This document shows, one piece after another, positions 28,449 through 36,781 of a DNA stretch of 64,000 nucleotides. The stretch's first letter is position 1, and each line of letters begins with the position of its first letter. The notes beneath the pieces are model-generated. The model had not been told where the DNA came from. It searched no databases and saw only the letters and a list, made by a program, of their open reading frames with translations. Position numbers and translations under genes: made by a program. The stretch comes from an uncultured Bacteroidota bacterium (GTDB lineage: Bacteria; Bacteroidota; Bacteroidia; AKYH767-A; OLB10). The stretch spans positions 36,818-100,817 of the forward strand of contig CAADHD010000024.1 of NCBI GenBank assembly GCA_900696575.1, read 5' to 3'.

Positions 28449-29921
28449 TCAGAATGTAACTTTAGCCAGAGATAATTTTTTCTTGTTCATGCATGGCATG
28501 ACGGCTTCATTGGCCGAAATCTGCTTTCCGAAACGCGGCAATAAAAGCAGCGGAACATTGGTGCGAAGGGTATGGGACTCGTCAAACCGGCCTGAAGCAT
28601 CAATCACAGAGTACTTAACTTCATTATCGCGGTTGCCGAAATTGTTGTAAATCATTATCAGATCATTGTCGGTAGTCATTTGCAGAAAAGAAGAAAACGC
28701 TCCGCCATCATCGGTTGACTCCTGTGTTTTACGGATAACGTTCAGCCAGTGAATCTGCCCGTCTGGGTTGATGGAAATACTCACTACATTGTTAAACTGG
28801 TAATCAATTCTGCGCATGTAGGATTGGGTAAAGTAATCGTAGTAAGAGTATTCATAAGCATAAAAAGCTTCGGCAATGAGCACAACGCCTCCGTCATTAC
28901 GCAGAATCATTTTACGGATAGGATAAGAAAACAATCCGCTGGAAACACTCCTTTCATTAACAGAAGCTAACTTGAATTTATACCTGTCATCAACCGGAAC
29001 CGTTTGTTGAACAGCTGCAGATGGATTCTGAACAGGAATGCGATGAACAAAAATGGAGGTTCGGGAAGTGAGAGAAGGCTCGGCAGAAAATCCGGCACAA
29101 ACCAGCATGTTATTCAAATTATCGAAAACTATTCCGGCTCCGGCAGTCTCCTCCCTTTCGCGCGAAATGACGATATGCTCAGGAGTAAGTGCCGTCAAAG
29201 AACAGAAATGAACACTGTATTCATCCAATTTGTTTTTGTTTTCGCGCACCTGTTGTACGCTCAGCATTGCCAGATCGCCACGGTCGGAAAGCTGATAATC
29301 TTCTAAGTAAAAATTCTTTCTGCGGCAAGGAACTTCAAGGGTCTTATTTCCCATGGTGTTAAAGGTAGAATCGAGTAACAGAAAGTGAATGCGCAGCAAC
29401 TCATCGGTTAAAAATTCGGGCAGCAGTATGCCTGTAAGCCTTCTGTTTTCAGAAATAACCACCCGCGTTTTTTCGGGGGTTGATTTCAGTTTGATAGTAC
29501 CGGCATTGATGGATTCTGTTTTACTTCCTGCATCATCATATTGCCTGATCATCACAGAAGCCTGTTGTTCGCCCGTAGATTTCGAAAAGGAAGTACTAAT
29601 GGCCAACATTCTATTCTTAAAAAAGAAAACTCCCTGAACTGTGGCCTGTGGATCGGGGTCAATGTTCTGATTCCATAACCTGTTAAGTTGATTATTGAAA
29701 AAAGATAAGCGGTATTTACGGTTTTTGAAACCAATCCGGTCGCGGTCGCTTTCAAAAGGAAGATTGCTTTGAAGAACAAAGAAACCCTTCTCGGTATATC
29801 CGGCCACCATTACTTCATCATACCCTACATCGTCAAATGCAAAGTTCGACACCTGGACTGTCTGAGCTGATATAACCCATGAACTAAAAAGCAGAACGCT
29901 ACAGAAGAAAAGTCTTTTCAT
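28449..29921 (-). CDS. Hypothetical exported beta-rich (propeller-like) protein
   Basis: 490 aa ORF with signal peptide MKRLFFCSVLLFSSWVISA; no catalytic motif recognised. Confidence 0.7.
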   Translation of the reverse strand: MKRLFFCSVLLFSSWVISAQTVQVSNFAFDDVGYDEVMVAGYTEKGFFVLQSNLPFESDRDRIGFKNRKYRLSFFNNQLNRLWNQNIDPDPQATVQGVFFFKNRMLAISTSFSKSTGEQQASVMIRQYDDAGSKTESINAGTIKLKSTPEKTRVVISENRRLTGILLPEFLTDELLRIHFLLLDSTFNTMGNKTLEVPCRRKNFYLEDYQLSDRGDLAMLSVQQVRENKNKLDEYSVHFCSLTALTPEHIVISREREETAGAGIVFDNLNNMLVCAGFSAEPSLTSRTSIFVHRIPVQNPSAAVQQTVPVDDRYKFKLASVNERSVSSGLFSYPIRKMILRNDGGVVLIAEAFYAYEYSYYDYFTQSYMRRIDYQFNNVVSISINPDGQIHWLNVIRKTQESTDDGGAFSSFLQMTTDNDLIMIYNNFGNRDNEVKYSVIDASGRFDESHTLRTNVPLLLLPRFGKQISANEAVMPCMNKKKLSLAKVTF

Positions 29922-29991
29922 GCTTCAAAGAAAACCTTAATTCGGTAAGTATTTAATGAATAGCGGCTATGGGGAATAAACAAAGCAAAAA

Positions 29992-30699
29992 CTAAACTTC
30001 GACCAGAGTGCCAACCGGTTCACCTTCTACTAATCTGACAAGATTGCCGGGCTTATTCATATCAAATACAATGATAGGCAGATTGTTTTCGCGGCAAAGG
30101 GTAAAAGCTGTCATATCCATTACTTTTAAATCGCGCTGAATGGCTTCGGTAAAAGTAATCCTGTCATACCGCTCTGCGTTTTTATCTTTTTCGGGGTCGG
30201 CAGTATAAATACCATCAACACGCGTTCCCTTCAGAATTACATCCGCTTCCACTTCAATGGCACGAAGCGAAGCAGCCGTATCCGTGGTGAAATACGGATT
30301 GCCGGTTCCTGCTCCGAAAATAACCACACGTCCTTTTTCAAGATGGCGAACAGCCCTTCTTCGGATAAAAGGCTCGCAGATGGCTTCCATTTTAATGGCA
30401 GATTGAAGCCGGGTATAAACTCCCAATCCTTCAAGCGCGGTTTGTAACGCCATTGAATTAATTACCGTAGCCAGCATTCCCATATAGTCGCCCTGCACAC
30501 GGTCCATGCCGCCTTCGGCCGCTTGCAATCCGCGAAAGATGTTACCCCCACCTATTACTATAGCAACCTGCGTCTTCCGGTCAACTACGCTTTTAATTTC
30601 ACGGGCATATTGAACCAGTCTGTCGTTATCAATTCCGAATTGTTTGTCGCCCATCAGGGCTTCACCGCTCAGCTTAAGAAGGATTCTTTTGTATTTCAT
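29992..30699 (-). CDS. pyrH: UMP kinase
   Basis: [46 protein letters not shown]. Confidence 0.98.
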   Translation of the reverse strand: MKYKRILLKLSGEALMGDKQFGIDNDRLVQYAREIKSVVDRKTQVAIVIGGGNIFRGLQAAEGGMDRVQGDYMGMLATVINSMALQTALEGLGVYTRLQSAIKMEAICEPFIRRRAVRHLEKGRVVIFGAGTGNPYFTTDTAASLRAIEVEADVILKGTRVDGIYTADPEKDKNAERYDRITFTEAIQRDLKVMDMTAFTLCRENNLPIIVFDMNKPGNLVRLVEGEPVGTLVEV

Positions 30700-30717
30700 G
30701 TAATCAGGTTTACGTGG

Positions 30718-30725
30718 CAAAGGTA
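30718..30725 (-). promoter_or_regulatory. Bacteroidota -7 element (TACCTTTG)
   Basis: TAnnTTTG just upstream of pyrH ATG 30699. Confidence 0.6.
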
Positions 30726-30759
30726 AAGCTAGAACTTTTAAAGTCTATCATACTTAGTA

Positions 30760-30804
30760 ACAAAACAAATGAGCACGAACCTGAAAACAGATTCAGTGCT
30801 CATT
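30760..30804 (-). terminator. Probable terminator after the WD40 gene
   Basis: aatgagcac...gtgctcatt stem with a T-rich tail on the minus strand. Confidence 0.55.
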
Positions 30805-30830
30805 GGTAAAAAACAAGTGTATTCGTGCTG

Positions 30831-32057
30831 TTACAATTTTATAAACTTTGTAGTTAGCAAAACACCATTGGCTAAGTCAAACTGTAACGAATAAAATCCA
30901 GGGTTCAGATTTTCAGTTCGGATAATACCGTCCTTAGGTAATGTTCCGTCCTGAATCAGCTGGCCGGAGATTGAAAATATATTATAGGTAACTTCCATAT
31001 TTTTCAGTCCCGTTGAAACAAAATCCTTTACCGGGTTCGGGTGTAAATTGAGTTGCATTACATTACCGGGAAAAGAAACCGAACTGACTAAAGAATGAAT
31101 ATCCCACAGTAAGACCTGATTATTAGAAGTACCGGTAAGTACTTTATTTTCGGTAGGCGACCAGGCTACAGTGTATACTTTACCGGCTCCGGGATTATTA
31201 AAGCTGGCTAACTGAGAGTAGGTATTAAAATTCCAAATACGGGAGGTTTGGTCATTCGATCCGCTGAAAATATAATTTCCGTCAGGTGAAATAGCAAGGC
31301 TTCTTACATCACCGGTATGACCATTGATGGTATAAACAAGAGCGCCCGTACTACGGTTCCAGATTTTAATCTTATCGTCAGCGCTGGCAGAAATAACAAA
31401 GTCATCAGCAGGAGAAAATTTAACATCCAATACATCACCGGTATGGCCGCTTAAAGTATGAATAAGCACGCCAGTGGAGTCCCAAATCTTGATTTTGTCA
31501 TCCTGACCGCAAGTAGCAATATATAAACCAGTATGCGACCAGGCAACTCCGAAAATATATCCTGTATGAGCCGTAATGTTATGAAGCAGTATTCCGGAAG
31601 CTACATCAAAAATTTTCAGCTTATTGTTATTTCCTGCTATTGCAATCCTGTCACTCGTGGGGCTGAAGTCAAGTGCAAAGGCTCCTCCGTTGCCAACATT
31701 GATTGAATTACTCAATTGCGGAGTTCCGGAACTAAGGTTAAACAGCAGCAAATGTCCTAACTCTTCAAGCGCTGCCAGATACGTACCATTACTGCTGAAT
31801 TTAACCCCGGCTGTACACATTAAATTGGAATCAAGCTGATAATCCCAAAGCAAATTGCCGGTTACTACATCCCACAGACGCAGTCTTGTATCATGACACT
31901 CGCTGCCACTCAAAGCTTTGGAGCCATCAGCCGTAAATGCAACACCATAAACCTCGCGAGGATCAGGATGCGAAACATTACTCCAAATCAGATTTTGTGA
32001 AAATGTAAAATGAGAAACTGTTAATAAAAGAATACTAAGTATGATGAGATTTTTCAT
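30831..32057 (-). CDS. Secreted WD40-repeat beta-propeller with T9SS type A CTD
   Basis: About 7 WD repeats (GHTGDVLDVKFSP...SASADDKIKIWN), signal peptide, CTD LHPNPV...IFSISGQL...LNPGFY...TKFIKL. Confidence 0.9.
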   Translation of the reverse strand: MKNLIILSILLLTVSHFTFSQNLIWSNVSHPDPREVYGVAFTADGSKALSGSECHDTRLRLWDVVTGNLLWDYQLDSNLMCTAGVKFSSNGTYLAALEELGHLLLFNLSSGTPQLSNSINVGNGGAFALDFSPTSDRIAIAGNNNKLKIFDVASGILLHNITAHTGYIFGVAWSHTGLYIATCGQDDKIKIWDSTGVLIHTLSGHTGDVLDVKFSPADDFVISASADDKIKIWNRSTGALVYTINGHTGDVRSLAISPDGNYIFSGSNDQTSRIWNFNTYSQLASFNNPGAGKVYTVAWSPTENKVLTGTSNNQVLLWDIHSLVSSVSFPGNVMQLNLHPNPVKDFVSTGLKNMEVTYNIFSISGQLIQDGTLPKDGIIRTENLNPGFYSLQFDLANGVLLTTKFIKL

Positions 32058-32159
32058 TGGTTTAAAATTTTTTAAGTTAAACATAAATTAAGAAATTAAA
32101 TAATAATTTAAGAGACTGCTATTGCTTAAGCCGCATCTCCAGAGACTAATAATCAGTAA

Positions 32160-32328
32160 AGCATTTGTCAGGAGACCTTTTGCATAAATGCTCCACACCC
32201 GTGAAACCCTGAAGCTGTACTGCCGGTCAGGCAGGGATGCCAGCGCGCAGTTCCCTTCAGGGGGTTACAGAGTGCGCGAGGAGGGCTTAAATCCTACAAG
32301 TAATTATTTATGCATGAGGTTTAGGATT
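32160..32328 (-). other. GC-rich structured intergenic segment (candidate cis-regulatory RNA)
   Basis: Inverted repeats ccctgaag/cttcaggg, ctgcc/ggcag, cgcgca/tgcgcg, agcattt/aaatgct and aatccta/taggatt within AT-rich flanks. Confidence 0.4.
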
Positions 32329-32695
32329 AAAAGCCGGGCGGCTTTATTAATTCCGAAAGCCAACCTTTGCAAAGGCGACTTGCAAACTCAGTAATAATAA
32401 TTACTTTTATTAAAATATCAGAAAATAATTTTCTGCTTACGGCCTGAAAAAAGAAATTGAAATCAAAATCTGTCTTTAAATTTTTCTGAGGCATATTTTC
32501 CTTTTGTTCTTCTTCTTTAAGCTGTTTTTTTAGATAACACGAGCCATGACACCGGTTATTCTTCACTTCTCTTTTCTCGCACAAGGTGAAGGAGATGTAT
32601 TCCTGATTTATCTTAAATGAAAACAACGTAAACAGGCAACTAAACATGTTCATACACATCACAGCCGATAAAAGCAGAACTACTACCTGTTTCAT
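32327..32695 (-). CDS. Small membrane/exported protein with a Cys cluster and C-terminal Pro-Pro (DUF2946-like leader type)
   Basis: Hydrophobic N-terminus, INQEYISFTLCEKREVKNNRCHGSCYLKKQL, ends LIKPPGF. Confidence 0.65.
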   Translation of the reverse strand: MKQVVVLLLSAVMCMNMFSCLFTLFSFKINQEYISFTLCEKREVKNNRCHGSCYLKKQLKEEEQKENMPQKNLKTDFDFNFFFQAVSRKLFSDILIKVIIITEFASRLCKGWLSELIKPPGF

Positions 32696-32953
32696 GGCTC
32701 AAAAATATGAATGTGTTTTTAAACATGATTGTATTAGTCAGCTAAGTTTTTGCATCATTTATCAACCAAGACACCCCTTTTTATCAGTAACATACATTCA
32801 AAATATAAAATGACACTTTCTTTTGGCTACCCTGAAAATTCTTTTTGAAATAACAGGATAGGGTAAGCAATATGCATCTGTTTGTTAAATGAAATTCACA
32901 TAGCCAAATATTGCTTTTTAGCGCATTTCCTATCTTAGCACTTCCATTTTAAC

Positions 32954-35554
32954 ATGAAAACCATTCGCAAATTTTTTTTTCCCATTTTACTTTTGTTTTT
33001 TGTTTCAAGTGCCTTTGCCACGCATAACCGTGCCGGAGAAATTACTTACGAACGCGATATTAACAATCCTTTGCTTTACTATTTCACCATCACCACTTAC
33101 ACCAAAACCAGCAGCGCAGCCGACCGCGATACGCTTACACTGGAATGGGGAGATGGAACAAGTTCAGTGCTGCAACGGCAATCAAAAGTAACAGTAGGTC
33201 CAGACATCAGCCGCAATATCTATCAGGGTTCGCATCTCTATCCCGGCCCTTCTACCTATATTGTTTCTATGACTGACCCTAATCGAAATGGGGGAGTGAT
33301 AAACATACCGGGTTCGGTAAACGTTCCTTTTTATATTGAAACCCGGCTTACCATTTCACCTTTTCTTGGTTACAACAACTCCCCTGTATTACTTTACCCA
33401 CCGATTGATGAAGGAGTTATCGGCCAGATTTTCGTTCACAATCCCAATGCTTATGACCCCGATGGTGACAGTCTTTCTTATGAACTGATTGTATGCAAAC
33501 GCGAAGGAGGGTTACCAATACCCGGATATACTTTTCCGGCATCTTCCACTTCGTTTACACTTGATGCAGTAACCGGCAACTTAGTATGGGATACTCCCAT
33601 TGCTTTGGGAGAATACAATGTAGCTTTTCTGATTAAGGAATGGAGAAGCGGAACCATGATAGGATATGTAGAGCGCGATATGCAGATTACTATTTATCCC
33701 GGAAATAACCAGCCGCCAGTCATCCAGTCGCTCAGTGATATTTGTGTGAATGCCGGTGACCTGATAGCCTTTAATGTAACAGCCACTGATCCCAATAATG
33801 AATTAATAACGCTTAGCGCCACAGGAGCGCCTTTTCTTTTCAATCCTGATTCGGCAACCTTTCCTCCTGTTTCGGCTACCGGTTCTGTTACCGGAACATT
33901 TGAATGGCTTACAAGCTGTGCACACGTACGCAGAAGTCCTTACCAGGTGCTGTTTACAGCAAGAGATAATAATCCACAGGTTGCACTTACTGCATTGAAA
34001 ATGGTGAACATAACGGTGGTAGGCCCGGCCCCTCAGAATCCTACGGCTGTGTCTTTAGGCAACAGCATCATCCTTAACTGGAATCAAAGCGCCTGCCCGC
34101 AGGCAAAAGGATATCACATTTACAGACGAATGGGATTTTACGGCTTTACTCCTGCACAGTGCGAAACCGGAGTTCCGGCTTATACCGGTTATTCTAAAAT
34201 TGCAACCATAACCGGTTTAACCAATACCACCTACACGGATAATAACAACGGTGCCGGCCTGATACATGGAAACGACTATTGCTATATGATAGTAGCCTAT
34301 TATCCTGACGGAGCCTTGAGTTATGCTTCGGCTGAAGTTTGTGCCGCATTAAAAAAAGATATTCCTGTAATTACCAATGTCAGCGTTACAACTACAGATG
34401 CCTCTAACGGCACTATGTATGTAGCCTGGAGTAAACCTACCGAATTAGATACTGTTGCCTTTCCCGGTCCTTATGAATACCGGTTGCTCAGAGGAAACGG
34501 AATTAACGGAGTTAATTTTTTACAGATTGCTTCTTTCACTGATTTGAATGATACTATTTTTAATGATGCAGGTTTGAATACTGCAAACGGAGCTTTTACT
34601 TACAAAATAGAATTGCATAACAATTCCAATGGGTTCATTGGCAAATCAGCCAATGCTTCTTCTCCATTCCTGCAGATTATTCCCACCGATAAAAAGCTGA
34701 TTTTAAACTGGAGTTTATCTGTACCATGGATTAACAGCAGCTATGAAATTTTCAGATGGAATGGTGCTAACTGGATTTCCATCGGATTTTCCAACACCAA
34801 TTCATTTGAAGATGTCGGGTTAATCAATGGTGATACCTACTGCTACTTTATTCAAACCATAGGCGATTATTCTTCGCCCGGCTTTGTAAGCCCGATTCTG
34901 AACAACTCTCAGGAAGTATGTGCCAGCCCGTTTGATAATGTTCCGCCTTGCGCTATTAATTCATTGGACCGATTCAACTTCAATTGTGCCGAAGGCGAGC
35001 TTACTTTGATTTGGAATGTTCCCGATTTTGATTGCGCACCTGATTTCAGCCATTACATCGTGTATTATGCTCCTGATGAAAATTTGCCATACAGCGTAGT
35101 GGCCGTCATCAATCAGATTTCACAAAACTCTTTTTCCATTTCCAATCCTGATTCTGTTGCGGGTTGTTATTATGTAACGGCTGTTGATACCGTAGGCAAT
35201 GAAAGCCTCAGAGGCAATGTGATTTGTTTTGAGAATTGTCCATTCTACGAACTACCTAATGTATTTACTCCGGACGGAAACGGATTGAATGATTTGTTTC
35301 AACCTTTCCCTTACCGGTATGTTGACCGGGTGGAGATTACCATTGTAAACCGCTGGGGGCAGAAAGTTTTCTCTACTACCAATCCTGATATCAACTGGAA
35401 CGGAAAACTAAATAACACAGGAGCACTTCTTCCTGACGGAGTGTATTACTACTACGGAAAAGTATTTGAGCGGTATCGGAGCGGTCTGCGAGAAAGGCAA
35501 CTGAAACCAGGCTTTGTTCAGATGATTCATAACATCGGAAATCAGAAAAATTAA
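32954..35554 (+). CDS. T9SS type B (CHU_C) cargo protein
   Basis: ATHNRAGEITY, DPDGDSLSYEL, FN3-like repeats, CTD LPNVFTPDGNGLND...NRWGQKVF...WNG...PDGVYYY. Confidence 0.9.
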   Translation: MKTIRKFFFPILLLFFVSSAFATHNRAGEITYERDINNPLLYYFTITTYTKTSSAADRDTLTLEWGDGTSSVLQRQSKVTVGPDISRNIYQGSHLYPGPSTYIVSMTDPNRNGGVINIPGSVNVPFYIETRLTISPFLGYNNSPVLLYPPIDEGVIGQIFVHNPNAYDPDGDSLSYELIVCKREGGLPIPGYTFPASSTSFTLDAVTGNLVWDTPIALGEYNVAFLIKEWRSGTMIGYVERDMQITIYPGNNQPPVIQSLSDICVNAGDLIAFNVTATDPNNELITLSATGAPFLFNPDSATFPPVSATGSVTGTFEWLTSCAHVRRSPYQVLFTARDNNPQVALTALKMVNITVVGPAPQNPTAVSLGNSIILNWNQSACPQAKGYHIYRRMGFYGFTPAQCETGVPAYTGYSKIATITGLTNTTYTDNNNGAGLIHGNDYCYMIVAYYPDGALSYASAEVCAALKKDIPVITNVSVTTTDASNGTMYVAWSKPTELDTVAFPGPYEYRLLRGNGINGVNFLQIASFTDLNDTIFNDAGLNTANGAFTYKIELHNNSNGFIGKSANASSPFLQIIPTDKKLILNWSLSVPWINSSYEIFRWNGANWISIGFSNTNSFEDVGLINGDTYCYFIQTIGDYSSPGFVSPILNNSQEVCASPFDNVPPCAINSLDRFNFNCAEGELTLIWNVPDFDCAPDFSHYIVYYAPDENLPYSVVAVINQISQNSFSISNPDSVAGCYYVTAVDTVGNESLRGNVICFENCPFYELPNVFTPDGNGLNDLFQPFPYRYVDRVEITIVNRWGQKVFSTTNPDINWNGKLNNTGALLPDGVYYYYGKVFERYRSGLRERQLKPGFVQMIHNIGNQKN

Positions 35555-36136
35555 ATGTTTACCGGCATAGTGGAAGCTACCGGAGCGGTGGCAGGCATTG
35601 AAGTTTCGGGCAAGAACATTACGTTCACAATCAGTTCCTCAATATCCTCACAGTTAAAAGTTGATCAAAGCGTTGCACATGACGGAGTGTGTTTAACCGT
35701 TACTTCCATCATGGATGATAAACATAAGGTAACAGCCATTGATGAAACACTGAAAAAAACCCGGCTTACCGACTGGCAGAAGGGAACAATGATAAATCTT
35801 GAACGAAGCTTAACTTTAACTTCGCTGGTTGATGGCCATTTAGTGCAGGGGCATGTTGATGCCGTTGCCGTTTGTGAAAATGTAACTGATGCAAACGGAA
35901 GCAGGATTTTAATTTTTCGTCATCCGGAAGAAGAGTATTTCATTACCGTACCCAAAGGCTCTGTGTGCGTAAACGGAGTAAGTTTAACCGTTGTTGACTC
36001 GGGAAAGGATTATTTTTCGGTTGCACTGATTCCTTACACGCTTGAACACACCAATCTTAAAGAGATAAAATCAGGCAGCAGGGTAAATGTAGAGTTTGAT
36101 ATTATCGGAAAGTATGTAAAGCGGCTGAGAGGGTAA
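35555..36136 (+). CDS. ribE: Riboflavin synthase (alpha chain)
   Basis: MFTGIVE N-terminus, DGVCLTV, GHLVQGHVD, NGVSLTV, VNVEFDIIGKY. Confidence 0.97.
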   Translation: MFTGIVEATGAVAGIEVSGKNITFTISSSISSQLKVDQSVAHDGVCLTVTSIMDDKHKVTAIDETLKKTRLTDWQKGTMINLERSLTLTSLVDGHLVQGHVDAVAVCENVTDANGSRILIFRHPEEEYFITVPKGSVCVNGVSLTVVDSGKDYFSVALIPYTLEHTNLKEIKSGSRVNVEFDIIGKYVKRLRG

Positions 36137-36160
36137 GTAATCTTTTAAACTTGCTTTCCT

Positions 36161-36781
36161 TTACACCATCCTACGCTTCATTGCAATTAAAATAGCTTCC
36201 GAAACAGAATGAACCTGAAGTTTTTTGTAAATGTTTTTGATGTGATGGCGTACTGTATCATGGCTGATGAATAAGGCATCAGCCACCATTTTATAGCTTT
36301 TTCCTTTGCACAACTCGGCAAGAACTTCTTTCTCCCGATCTGTAAGTTCAGAGTTTTCCATAGGCTGAAAAGATTTTACCACCATGCGTGCAATGCGTGC
36401 ACTCATGGGGGCACCACCCTTCTTCACTTCACGGATGGCGTCTAAAATTTCGGAAGGCGATGCATTCTTCGTAATATAACCGCAAGCTCCTGCACACAGC
36501 GAATCAAATACGGTTTTATCATCGGCAAATACCGTAAGCATAATGACATCCAGTTCAGGCATGGTTTGCTTCAGTTTTTTTACGCATTCAATACCGCTCA
36601 TGCCCGGCAGATTGATATCCATCAATGCCACATCCGGCTTGAGTGAAGGAATTTTCTTCAAGGCTGATTCCGCATCAGGAAAAACTCCGATCAGTTCAAA
36701 CTCATTGCTGTTTTCTTTAAAAATAATGCTCATTCCTTCGCGCAGGTCGGCATTGTCTTCGGTTAAAACGACTTTAATCAT
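36161..36781 (-). CDS. NarL/LuxR-family response regulator
   Basis: REC (LMDINLPGMSG) plus LuxR HTH (LTDREKEVL...TVRHHIKNIYKKLQV). Confidence 0.95.
   Translation of the reverse strand: MIKVVLTEDNADLREGMSIIFKENSNEFELIGVFPDAESALKKIPSLKPDVALMDINLPGMSGIECVKKLKQTMPELDVIMLTVFADDKTVFDSLCAGACGYITKNASPSEILDAIREVKKGGAPMSARIARMVVKSFQPMENSELTDREKEVLAELCKGKSYKMVADALFISHDTVRHHIKNIYKKLQVHSVSEAILIAMKRRMV

Noticed and set aside
32101-32330. Known riboswitch, SRP or 6S RNA call for the structured region
   Set aside because: The conserved cores I recall for cobalamin, TPP, SAM, FMN, NiCo and SRP RNAs were not found, so it is left unassigned.
32188-32394. 68-aa plus-strand ORF across the structured intergenic region
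   Set aside because: No motif, and it overlaps the better-supported minus-strand ORF; likely a by-product of local GC richness.
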